A stretch of DNA of 64,000 nt from contig JAGIQG010000003.1 of the NCBI GenBank assembly GCA_024679065.1, positions 96,968,001-97,032,000 on the forward strand. Reading direction: 5' to 3'. Position 1 is the stretch's first letter; every line of letters begins with the position of its first letter. The position numbers and the translations under genes are program-made. Below the pieces are notes generated by a model. That model ran no database searches. It saw only the letters and a program-made list of their open reading frames with translations, and had not been told where the DNA came from. Shown one piece after another: positions 13,016-24,946 of this stretch. The DNA is from Sphyrna mokarran. Taxonomy: Eukaryota.

Positions 13016-13495
13016 CTATCAATTATATATGGATAGAATTGATGAGGGTAGATCAGTTAATATTATGGACATCAACTTTCAAAGGTATTTGATAAAATAC
13101 CATATAAATGCTTGCTAGCAAAATTGCTGCCCATGGGATTAAAGGGGCAGCAGCAACATGGATACAAAATTAGCTAAGGTGCAGAAAGCAGAGGTAATGG
13201 TGAAAGAATGGCTTCCTGGCTAGAGATGGTGATCTCATAGGAGTCTATATTAAGAGAATTTATATTAAGACCCACTGCCCTTTTTGGTATAAAGTATATA
13301 AATGATCTGAACTGGTATACAAGGCATAAATTCCCAACTTTGCAGATGGCACAATACTTGGAAACGTAATAACCAGCAAGCCAGGATAGTAACAAATTTC
13401 AGGATACACACAGATGAAATGATCGGATATGTAGCAGGTGAAATTTTATGTAGTAAAATGGAGAGTGAGTGATTTTGGTAGGAAGAATGAGAAGA

Positions 13496-14527
13496 TAAGA
13501 GCCCATGGTGTTGGAGGAAATAAATTGGCATGGATAGAGAATTGGGTAATAGGTAGGAAACAGCAAGGATTCTTTTTAAAGTTGCTAGCCTGTAACCCTT
13601 GTGATAGGATTGGTGCTGGGACCCTAACTTTTACAATATATATTAATGACTTGGAGGAAAGAGGGAAACGTGCTGCAGTCAAATATGCAGATGACACAAA
13701 AATAGGTGGTTAGGCAAGTTGAGAAGAGTACAGACATTTTGCAAAGATATTGTTTTGTTAAGTAAGTGAACAAAAAGTTAGCAAATGGAATATAGTGTGG
13801 GAAAATATGAAGTTGTTCATTTTAGAAGGGAGGATAAAAAAAGTGTTATTTAAATGGAGAAAAATTGCAGAAAGCTTCAACATTAAGGAACTTGGGGGAC
13901 TTGTACATGAAACACAGCTCGTACACAGATGTAGCAGATAATCGGGAACGCTAATCAAGTGTTAGCCCTAATTTCAAGAGGGTAGAGTATGTCAGTAGGG
14001 AAGTTTTGCTGCAACTCTACAAGTTATGGTGAGACCACAAGTTATTGGTGAGCAGTTTTTGTCCACTTAATTAAAGAAAGATGTTACTTCATTGGAGGCA
14101 GTTCTAAGAAGGCTCACCAAGATAATCCCTAGTATGGAATGACTGTCTTATGAGGAAATGTTAAACAGATTGGCACTCTAATTGGAATTATGAAAGGTGA
14201 TCTCATTGAAATATATAGAATTTTTAAGGGGCTTGACAGGATAAATACTGAAAGGACCAGAGGACATAGTTTCAGTGTAAAGGGTGCCTATTTAAGATTG
14301 ACATGAGAAGGAATTTCTTCCCTGAAGACTGAATGTCTTTGGAACTCCTTATGGGGACAGAGTCCTTGTATACATTTGAACTTGAGATGGATAGATTTTT
14401 GATCGGTAAGAGAATTGAGAGTTAAGGGGAAAGGGCAGGAAAGTCAATGAGGAATGTCCAAGCAGCCATGATCCTATTGAGTAGAGGTGGAAGTTCGAGG
14501 GGCCAAACGGCCTATTCCTTATGGTTT
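13496..14527 (+). mobile_element. CR1 3' portion inserted in older CR1
   Basis: IRAHGVGGNKLAWIENW...YINDL...KYADDTKIGG; 3' end ggggccaaacggcctattccttatg. Confidence 0.85.
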
Positions 14528-16338
14528 AAGAGGCAACGTAAATTAAATGACACAATTTTAAAAGGTTTGCAAGAGCAGAGTCTTGAGTGTATGTAAACAA
14601 ATACTTGATGGTAGTAAGGCAAGTTGGTAAGACTGTTCTTTTAAGAATAAAAGTATATAGGATCCTTGGCATTATATGAAATGGCATTGGGCAATAAAAA
14701 AAAGTTATAATTAACCTTTATAAAACACAGGTTGGACTCCAACTGAAATGCTGTTCTCAGTTCTGGGCACTATACTTGAGTGTGTCACGTTTTTGGGAGG
14801 GTACAGAGATTTGCTAGAATTGTACTGGGGAACTCACTGATATGGAGAAAATAGAGAAAGCAGGATTGTTCTCCTTAGGGAAGAAAAGGTTGAATGGAAG
14901 TTTTATAGAGATGTTCAAAATTATGAAGAATTTTGATGCAGAAAATAATCAGAAGTGGTTTCTGGTGCAGAATGGTCCAATACATTGATATAAGGTGATT
15001 GATAAAAGAACCAGAGGTGACTTCATTTTTTTTTCTTATTTAGCAAATTGTTGTGACATGGAGATGAAAATGAGAACATTTTCCACAGGTTGCATTGCCT
15101 GAAAAGATGGTGAAAGTAGATTCAGTCGTAACTTTCAAAGAGTAATTGGATTAAAAAAAACTTGAAGGGAAGAAATTGCAAGGTTATAGAGAGAATAAAA
15201 ATGGGACTAATTTGAGAGAGCTTTCAAAAGGCTGGTATAGGTAGAATATGTTGTACTGTTTCATTGTATTCTGTGATTTAGCTGATATTAGGATAAGAAT
15301 GGGATGTGAACAACAACTGCACTTGCTGATCAGAAGCTTGAAAGGTAAGTGAATGTCACATTTTGATTCTGAGTATTATTTGGAAAGAATCTAAAATCCA
15401 ACTGTCTGTCTTTTATGGTTATTGGAAATTACCATGTCTAATTATGGCAAATCATTGCTGTGTAGGGTTAGCTAATCTTAATGACAACAACACATTTGAA
15501 CACTCAAATTGGCTTTACTACGTATAGAGAGGGACCAGATGGTGGTGGACTTCTAGTGAGGACGGTATTGGGTTTCTGTTTGTTGTCTCACTTGGTCTAG
15601 GTTCAGGGAAGAAGAATGAGCTTGTGGTTTAGAGAGGCAGCTTTTGAAGAGAAGAGAGAAAATTGCAGGCAAAAGCTAGGAAATTGTACTGAAGAAATGG
15701 TTTGATATTTTAACTCTGAAAATAGAACACATATGCCATTCACAGAAACTGTTGTAAAATTACCTACATTTAAAGGTAGGTCACCAAAGAAAAAAGAAGA
15801 AAAAATGACAAATTACAGCATAAAGATTCATTAGTCAATCAGGCTGTGCTAATGCTAGCTCCTCAATTGGAGCTTTCTATTTCTAATTTAATTTATTTGC
15901 CCTTTTCCTTTATTGTATACTTATCCAATTTTCTTAAGTGATGATGTGTCCTCTGCCCTAATAGCTAGTTAATGTGAAAATTAACTTTTAACTCTCTAAT
16001 TTATTTGGAGAGAATTCCAACTTTTTTGTCCCCTTGATTTTAATGAACTTTGCAAAACCTTGCTTCCTTTTCTGCATTGGAACCCATTTTTTCACATTTT
16101 TCCTAAGTATAATCTCTCATTTCTCTGATTTCTGGATATTGGCTCACTTGCTGGGGGAAACCAATTTCTATTAACTACTGTTTCGAAGCTAACTATCACC
16201 TTCCAACCTTTCCTAGGTTTCCTCTTAACCATCTCCATTCCAATGAGAACAGTCCTGTATTTTTCAACATCTCCTCACAACTGACATTCTTTATCTTGGG
16301 TAAACCTCCCTTGCGTCCTTTCTCAGGCCTTGATATCT

Positions 16339-16617
16339 TAGAATCATAGAATCCTTCAGTGTAGAATGTGGCCATTCATCTCTGCACCGATCACAATCCC
16401 ATTCAGGCCCTATTCCCGTAATTGCAGCTAGTCCCCCTGACACTAAGGGCAATTTAGCAGAGCGAATCTATCTAACTCGCACACCTATGGACTATGTGGG
16501 GGGGAAAGTTACGCAGTTATGGGGAGAATGTACAAACGCTACACAGTGATGCAAAGTGGGAATCGAACCTGGGTCCCTGGTGTTATAAAGCAGTAGTGCT
16601 AACCATTGTGCTACGGT
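16339..16617 (-). mobile_element. HE1-type SINE inside an old CR1 fragment (~16180-16710)
   Basis: tagaatcatagaa tail, V-domain remnant, and B-box complement gggaatcgaacc. Confidence 0.8.
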
Positions 16618-18379
16618 ATCAAGCTTTCTTGAAATATGGTGCCCATAATTATTCACAAAACTATAGTTGAGGCTGAACCAGTGATTCATGAAATTTTAGC
16701 ATTATTTCTGTTTATTTTGTTGTTATCTTCTAGGGATCAGTAGCTTTTTCTTTAAAGTTTAAAATATCAATTACCTATGAGGTGACTAAAGCCACAAAAT
16801 TCAAAGTTTTAAACAAAATAAACTTCACTACACAAAGTTAGAAAAACAAAACAATTTACAATATCTTGCATTCTAATGTGCAGAAGTAACATGATGTAAA
16901 TATGAATTAACAGGCAAACTATGGTTGAACACACTGCATATTAAATGGCAGATGACCAATTTCTCAGCAACTGTTTGAGGTGTCAGTTGCCAGAGTCACA
17001 AAATTTCTAACTTTTTCTCCCTCACACAAGATTTAAACTTTTCATTTTTGAAGACCTATCTGAATTCCTTCAAAAGCCATTCCAATTTGGATTACCTCAG
17101 CAGCTGTTCACCTCCCAATATTTCAATCCACCACAGAATTAACAATATTCCCAGAACTAAAAATTACCTCCAAAATATTAACATGAACCAGGAACTGGAT
17201 ATTCTTACAAATAAATGCAAAGTAACTAATTGGCTGACATTGGTGGTGGACTGATCTTTTCGGAATAGACCCTCATTGCTTACATAGGAGTGATGTAGTA
17301 TGATTGGCAGACCCACTGTGTTTTCAGTATTTTGAATTAACCAACATAAATTGTCACTATTAAAGAATGCGAAAAATGAATGATCCAGTAATGTCACCCT
17401 TTTTTTTCTCAATACCAACTGACTGGTGCATTTCCACTAGATTGAGCCCATGTATAATTTACAATATCATCAAACATAATCTCCTAAACCATGTAAATAT
17501 TGATGGATGTAACTTACAAAATAAACCCTTTAAAATGTCTTCTGGACGCTAAAGATAATTTAACAAAACTTCAGGATATTGATTGAACTTTACATTCCAT
17601 GCAGTTCAATTTAGCCACTTGAATATTTTGCATCTTCCTAACAACACATGAATTATTGCAATTGTTTTTTGTATTTCAGCATGAGTTTTTTTTAAAGTGC
17701 CACAAAGATATGAAGTTAACATGATCCCTACTCCTTGTACATTAAAAAAAATACATTCTTTATGCTTAATATGTGAATTATAATTGAGTGCCATAGTTAA
17801 TGGTTGTTACCCTCAGGCAATAAGAGAAAAACAATATATATCCCCAAGTGCAGTGTGATGTATTTGAAATCACATTGGACTGTATTTTACAGGAAAAAGT
17901 AAAAATGCCTTTAGTTATAGCAAAACTTTTTATTTTGTTGTAAATATATACTTTTCAAACTTTCTTTGATGATTATCAAGTAGCATGTCAACTGTTTGGC
18001 TGGTGCTGAAGGGGTCACTATTTTCTTTTCAGTTCCTGCCTTTTGTCTGTTTTGATTCTCAATATACGCTGACAGATGCTAGAATGGAGATTTAAACCAG
18101 AAGTCCCTACTATAATGAATGCTCAACCATCTAAAGTCAGATCTATTCAGCCTAACTTTAAAGTAGGTTATACTTATCAATCTGCAGTTAATTGACATGG
18201 AAATGAATTTCATATTTTTTAAATTATAGGAATGTTTAATTCTCTAGAAAATTGGAAAATTTTCCATTGCTTGTGGATATTTAAATATTGTTTGTCAAAT
18301 GCGAAAAGACAGTGTGTTCAGTTGGTCATCCAAGTCTGTGGCACAATCTCACCACCACCTCTTCTCCTCTACCGTTGTC

Positions 18380-19550
18380 AAGTTATCAGACTACTTATCT
18401 GATATCCAGCAATGGATGAGGAGAAAATTCCTCTAACTATTGGGAAAACTGAAGCTGTTGTTTACATTCTCTTTGGCAACCTAGCTAATTTCATCTGTCT
18501 CACTCGCAATGGTCTGCGACTAAACCAATCTGTTCACAACCTTGGTCTCATATTTGGTCCCAAGGTGTGCTTCTGACAACGTACTTGCATCATTACTAAG
18601 AACTCGCATTTCAACCTTCATAACGTAGTCCACTTTATCGCTGTCTCTGCTCATCTGTTGCTGAAACTCTTTCATGCATTTGTTACTTCTTGACTTGACA
18701 GATCCCCAAGCATTCCAGGTTGGTCTTCTAACTTCTATAAATATAAAGTTATCAACTCGGCTGTCCATGGTTTAATTGGCACTAAGTCCCATTAACCTAT
18801 CACTGCTGTGCTCACTGATTTACGTGGGTGCCCAGCCTTGATTTTAATATTCTCATCCTTGTTTTTAAATCCTACCATGGCTTTGCAGCACCCATGCCTA
18901 TCTCCTGTAGCCACTCCAAGTCCTCTGCCTCCCAAACCCCACTCCACCATTTCTATAATCTCCTACAGTCATCAAAACATTTTGGCTCATCAGTTCTGGC
19001 CTCTTGAGAATTCCAATTTTAATCATTCTGTTTGCTGATTCTGCCTTCAGCTTCCTGGGGCCTAAACTCAGGATTTCTCTACACTTCCCTGCCTTTCTAT
19101 CTAGGCACATGATCTGCCACTTTAAACATTCATTCCCTCCATTGCTGGTGCACAGTGGCAGCAGTGGGTACCATCTACAAGATGCATTGCAGTAACTTGC
19201 CAAACCTGCTTTGACAGCACTTTCCAAATTGGCAACTTCTACCTTCTTGAAGGACAAGGGCAGCAAATGAATGGACTACCAATGTCTGCAAGTTACCCTG
19301 CAAATTAAACACAAGCCTGACTTGAAGCTATATCACTGTTCCTTGTCTGCCTTTGGATCAAAATCTTGGAACTTCCTCTATGACAACACTGTGCATTCAA
19401 CAAGGCACCTTACTCACCACCATCTTCGCAAGGTCAATAAGGAGTACTATCTCCTTATTTTGTTTAGTTTCATATTTAGCTTTATAGTGCTCCTTTGAAA
19501 CACTGAGGCATTTGTTACGTTTAAAGGCACTCTATAAGTTGTTATTGCAT
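18380..19550 (+). mobile_element. L2 LINE 3' fragment
   Basis: Degenerate SD.LSDIQ.WM..KFL.L..GKTEAVV, then NLG..F; L2-type end aaaggcactctataag. Confidence 0.7.
19122..19445 (+). mobile_element. 3' fragment of a CR1/L2-group LINE inserted in the L2
   Basis: cagtggcagcag..taccatctacaagatgcattgcag...tcaaaatcttggaac is homologous to 37780-38138. Confidence 0.7.
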
Positions 19551-20250
19551 TGCTCATCATTAAATGCATTCTACATCAGAGATTCTTTCATTTAAGACCC
19601 AATAACTCCCACAGTGCAAGTTGAACACATCCAAGAGAAGAGGTACTTGATCTCATTTCTAGTTCGAATCAGCCTTTCAGTAATTGAGTTTTGTCAGGTT
19701 TCACGTAAGTATCAGCTGGAATATGGTGGTCAAATGTTGATTCCAACATACAGTCACATTCAATGTTGGCTGATGGGTAGACTGGCAACTGAACAGTGTT
19801 TGGGAAGGTGATGGTAAGGTGAAAGAACATTTTAAAATGATAAAGGAGAATTCCAATCTGCTTATTTCAATATATTTTACACTTTTTCTAATATCGCCCT
19901 GGCAGTTACATACACATGAGTTAACACAGTAAATGAATGCACTTGTGTGCGTTACTAAATTTAACAAAGCAAGTTTCATTCCATGCTAATTTCTAAAATC
20001 TTAGTTGGAGCTGTGGGATTCACCTCCGTTTCCCCAGGTTGGGCAGAGAAAAAAAAAATCACTCTCTCTGGCTCAATGCTGGAACGTATGTGTGGACATT
20101 TGATGAAAGGATTTGGCTCAGTGGTGGTAAACTAAAAAGTAGTTTGTCAATATTGAGTTCTTAAGGTACTCACTTGGGTGAGATCGCAGCTGAAGGCCTG
20201 TTGGTAGACCAAGCCAATACTGTAAAACATTTGCCATTGATTTTTGAAGA

Positions 20251-20547
20251 GGGGTGGTACAGTAGTTAGCACTGTTGCTTCACAGCGCCAGGGACCTGGG
20301 TTTGATTCCCGCTGTAGGTCACTGTCTCTGTGGAGTTTGCACATTCTCCCCGTGTCTGCCTGGGTTTTCTCCGGGTGCTCCGGTTTCCTTCCACAGTCTA
20401 AAGATGTGTGGGTTAGGTCGATTGGCCTTAGTAGTAGGGAGATTAGGATGGTAAATATGTGGGATTACGGGAATAGGACCTGGATAGGATTGTTATCGGT
20501 GTAGGCTCGATGGCTAAATGGTGGCCTCCTGCACTGTAGATTCTATG
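20251..20547 (+). mobile_element. HE1-type V-SINE, full length
   Basis: A-box (tggtacagtag), B-box (gggtttgattccc), V-domain (ctccgggtgctccggtttcc) and CR1-like tail ending attctatga. Confidence 0.92.
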
Positions 20548-21002
20548 AAAAAGGTACAAAACATTGGGAAGAAAAAAGTTTTTAGGTTGGTATTGATATC
20601 AGAATAATTAAAATATTCTAAGAACAAACTGGCTTTGGGAAAGTATTAGAGCAAGAAATTGAGAAATTATTCGACTAAACTTTTGTTTCAAAAAACTTAT
20701 GAATCACAATGAAACAATCCTTCAGCTGAAGAATTATGATAGGCTAAGGGATTTATTTTGTTTTGCCAATTAGTTAACAGAATATTATCTCTTTTCCCAT
20801 TGGTGAAAACAAAGTACGAGTGTGAAGATGTACTAACAACAGTTAACTGAGTATGAATATTTATTCCATATGTGTATAAATTTGGTGTCCAAATATGAAC
20901 CTTAACAAAATTAAAACACTTTACAAAGCTTTTCTATATGCATTGCATAAAATGAGCTTTAAAAAAATGCTGTCAAATATTTTATAGTTCTTGCGTATAG
21001 TA

Positions 21003-21187
21003 AAGTGGCGATAGTCTCAGATGATCATTGATTGATTTGTGGTGATCTAACCAATCACCCCATTCTAGGCAAGGGGCATAGTTGAAAAGCTAAATCTTTG
21101 CGAAAAATCTCAGCCGGTACAGGAATTGAACCGCACTGTTGACATCACTCTGCATCACTAACCAACCATCTAGCCAAGTGAGCTAAA
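21003..21187 (-). mobile_element. tRNA-derived SINE (different family)
   Basis: Reverse strand has ttagctcacttggctaga (A-box) and ggttcaattcc (B-box), followed by a non-V body. Confidence 0.6.
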
Positions 21188-21951
21188 GCTTTATATATCA
21201 AGATGTAAATGACTTGTCCTCTTGGAGAAAGCAATTGGGAACTGTAGGCTCTCTCAGCTCCTGGACAATTCAAAAAAGGAGCCATATTATGAGCTTAACC
21301 AATTATATTGATTATTTGCATGGCTTTCAGCATGGGAATGTCTCTGCCAATCAGAGGCAACTTGCCAACCAATCAGCAGCCTTTTCTCCTGTAGCCTAAA
21401 TTGCGATCATTTGAAATTTGGTATTCTTGCATTTATCTTAAGTGCAAGGCAAACTGTCCATGCTGGTAAGATCTCATGGCTCTGCTGTGGGTTTCACAAT
21501 GGCAAAGGATGCATTCAACCCATTGACAACGACTGGACCAGAAGATCCAACCACTAGCCAATTGTAGTCTGTCTCTGCTGCTACATGATAGGTTGGAGAG
21601 GTAAATTTTAACTAATGTGTGTCTCAGCTTCAGCAATAGCCAAGTTCTGTATTACTGAGCAACTGTTTATCACTTTTTAGAAATAAAATGGTCACCAAAA
21701 ACTCCTCTTTGTTTTCACACTAACCAGAAAAGGATTTTCCTTTTTTTTTCTTGTAAAATGACAGGCATGAGAAACAGATTCAACGCTTTTCATGGTAAAA
21801 CAGATTTTTCAAAAGGTTTACGGTACAATATGCATGGATTTTTGAGCAGATTACAAGATGAATATACGTACCAAATTGTCATTGGGTTGATGTGCTGTAG
21901 ATTGCTGACTTTGAGACAACTATGTACGCTGTGTAGTGAATAAAACTCAAG

Positions 21952-22400
21952 GCATGCATTTACATACAGCCTTTCACAACCACGGGATATCTCAAAGCAC
22001 TGTTAAGCTGATGAAGTACTTACCAAGTGTGATTACTGCTTTAACGTAGGAAACGTGGGAGTTAATTTACGCTCAAAAAACTCCTGTAAACAACAACGTG
22101 TAATGACTGGATAATCTGTTTTTCTGATGTTGATTGAGGGATAAATAACTTACCAAGACACAAGGGATAATTCCCCTGCTGCTTTTCACAATAGTGCCAT
22201 GGGATAGTTTACATCTACCCGAGCAACCAAATAGGATCTTTGCTTAACATTACATCCACAGATAGCACTTCCAACAGTGCATCATGTATTGTACTCGATG
22301 GTCAGCCTTGATCTTTGTGCTCTTGCCCTAGGGTGGGACTTGAACCCAGAACCATGTGTACGCTTCAGAGGGAAGCATGCTGCCAACTTAGCTACAGCTA
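21952..22400 (-). mobile_element. DeuSINE (SacSINE1-like), full length, old
   Basis: Reverse strand: tRNA head with gggttcaagtccc, Deu domain (cccatggcactatt...cagcaggggaatt...ttatccctcaa) and L2-like tail gtgaaaggc...aaatgc. Confidence 0.85.
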
Positions 22401-23589
22401 CCATTGTCGGGGGAAATATCTAGACTTGACATTGTCCAGGAACAGCTGTGACTCAGAAATCTGAAAAGGGGGAGAAAGTGATTGGGAGAAGAATGGGAAT
22501 CAAAGTGTGATCAATAGGTAAGTGATTAAGATGAGGGCCAAGTGGAGTGGCTACTACTTTCTCTCAGGTCTGAGATGCAGAAATTGAGGATCGATCATAA
22601 AGTCTGCTTTGTAAGGAGAGGTGAAAGTTAGCAGAGACTGTATGGAAGCTACGTGAACTGCACAGCATTGTACTAGGGGAGTTGGCACTGAAGTGATTAA
22701 TGGGAAATTTGATCATGAGGTTAGATAAATATGAATAAGAGAAAAATGGTATATTTTACCCCACTGGCAGAAGGTTTAACCTCTCTGTGGTTTCTGGCAC
22801 AGTTAAAATGACTAATCGAGGGAAACAGAAAATTCCATTGTTAGTTTTTACTGAAGCAGGATAGATAAAGCAGGGGTGGGGTGACTAAAGGATGATGAAT
22901 GCAATTTCATTACAGAGACTAATAACAGCTACTACTGTTATTACTACTGTAGAGAAAGGAGAAAGAAAGACTGCAGAATGTCTGGGGAGGAGAGCAATAG
23001 AATGGATAACACCTAATAATGAAGATAAATATTGAGGAGAAAACTGTCGGAAAGGAGTTCCGACAGTTGCAACAGGCCTGTATGGTCTACAGTTCAGACT
23101 TGGAGGAGGTCAGTGAATTATTGGCTATTCTTCAGCTAAACAGCAAGTCTATTTGTACAATTGTCTTCTATCCTTAAACTCCATTAACTTGCCATTTTCT
23201 TTTGTAATTGTCTTGGGCTGATTCAGACTGTAATTGTGATGTGCTCTTCCTTCTGACCTGTGATCCTGACAATGGGTGGGATTTTACGGCCTCACTCGAG
23301 CAAGACCAGTTATTCTGTTCTGAGAACAACAGATATTTCCATTGCCGGACCCTTGCCCACGCTGTTCCTGTGGCGGGCGAGCTGGTAGTGATCTGGCCAA
23401 TATCTTCCCTATCAGAAAGGTCATACTCCTCCATATCTATAGCATCACTTGCTGAAATCACTATTTCAATCTATCGCTGCTTCATCTATCCCAACTTGAT
23501 CCCCCTCCTCTCTCCCTCCATAATCTTCAACACAGCCGGAACTTTGCAATCTCATTTTATCTTAGACCAAGTCACTTGTGGAGGGAAAC

Positions 23590-23830
23590 TAGAATAAGGG
23601 AGCACAGATTAAGAATGAGGTCTGCCTTTTAAGGAGAGGAAATGAGAATTTTTCAGAGCATTTCGTATGTGGGAATTCCCTTTCCCAGAGAGCAATGGAG
23701 ACTGGGGCAATTTGGACAGGTTTTTGATGGGTGCACACTAGGAAAGTGGAGACTACAATCAGATCAGCCATGATCATATTGAATGAGAAGCAGGCTTGAA
23801 AGGCCAAATGATCTACTCCTGCTCCTGAGT
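23590..23830 (+). mobile_element. CR1 3' end fragment
   Basis: tcagccatgatcatattgaatg...aggccaaatgatctactcctgctcct. Confidence 0.75.
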
Positions 23831-23844
23831 TCCTTTACGTTGTG

Positions 23845-24131
23845 AATCATATAATCCGTACAATGCAGAAGGAGGCTATTTGGCTCATTGAGCCTGCACT
23901 GACAACAATCCCATCCAGGCCCTATCCCCATAACACTACATATTTACCCTCTAATCCCCCTGACAGTAAGAAACAGTTTAGCATTAACCAACCAATCTTT
24001 GGACTTTGGGAGGAAACTCGTACACACACTGAGAACCTGCAAACTCCTCACTAGCAGTGACCCGGGGCCAGAATTGAACCTGGGTCCCTGGCACTGAGAG
24101 ACAGCAGCGCCAATCACTGTGCCATTATGCC
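23845..24131 (-). mobile_element. HE1-type SINE
   Basis: Same head, V-domain and tail as 20251-20547, in reverse. Confidence 0.85.
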
Positions 24132-24946
24132 ATTGTGGTCAACCACAAGCCCAGTTCTCATTAGCTGAATATGGCTCTCAATCCTCCAACGCCTCCTCAA
24201 ATTTAAAATGATCATCCATATATTTAATTCCCTCAGGTGTGTTACCCTTGCTTATTATGATAGTCTTGTCCAATGCTTCTCCTACCCTGAGCTTTTGATT
24301 CCTCTGGCCCTCCTACATGTTCTCCTCCCACTGTTCCTCACTGACAGGCAAATCTTCATTCCCTGTAATCTGAGATACTTGCCTTTTCCCTGACCACATT
24401 TTAGTGCTCATCCCTCCTCACTTAAACTTTTTTGGTTTGGAATGTTCTTATGTCTCTGTAGCCATTTGCATTCTCTTTAGAATTACTATGTCATCATGGA
24501 TTTCAAATATATTATCCATGTTAAAAAAAATTGAACTTTGTCCGGGAAGATGCTGCAGTCTATGCTCATTTTTCTGCTAGTGTTGACTCTGCTTTTTGGA
24601 CTGTTCTTTATGTTAATACATTGCACATTGTTTTGAAGAAATAGCAGAGGTTTTTATTTCATGGGAAGTGGGCATGACTGGCTGGGCCAACATTTATTGC
24701 CCATCCCTGGGTACCAGGTATAATATTCCAAAACAATCTGAAAACAGGAAGTGTATTGAAGGCTGGAGGATGACACATTTTATATTAATCAAAAATTGAA
24801 AGTGATAAACAGGTATTTATAGACCAATTTGGTGGCAAGAACTGGAATGACATTTGTGAACACTTAAATAAAGACTAAATAGAGACAGTAAACTCAGATT
24901 TATAAAGAGCAGGTCATGCTTGACTAATTGAATTCTTCCAAAGAAT

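Larger units (their letters stand above)
11870..15280 (+). mobile_element. Old CR1 ORF2 broken by three nested insertions
   Basis: Collinear RT pieces at ~11870-11945 (LEKYELINENQ), ~13030-13495 (DEG..V...FQ...DK.P) and ~14528-15280 (3' end). Confidence 0.7.

Noticed and set aside
15282-15344. 63-nt exon ending at AAG|GTAAGT
   Set aside because: The acceptor is supplied by a CR1 tail and the peptide is unrecognisable; strong donors occur by chance.
20251-20320. tRNA genes
   Set aside because: A/B boxes belong to SINE heads that run into V- or Deu-domains; no full cloverleaf seen.
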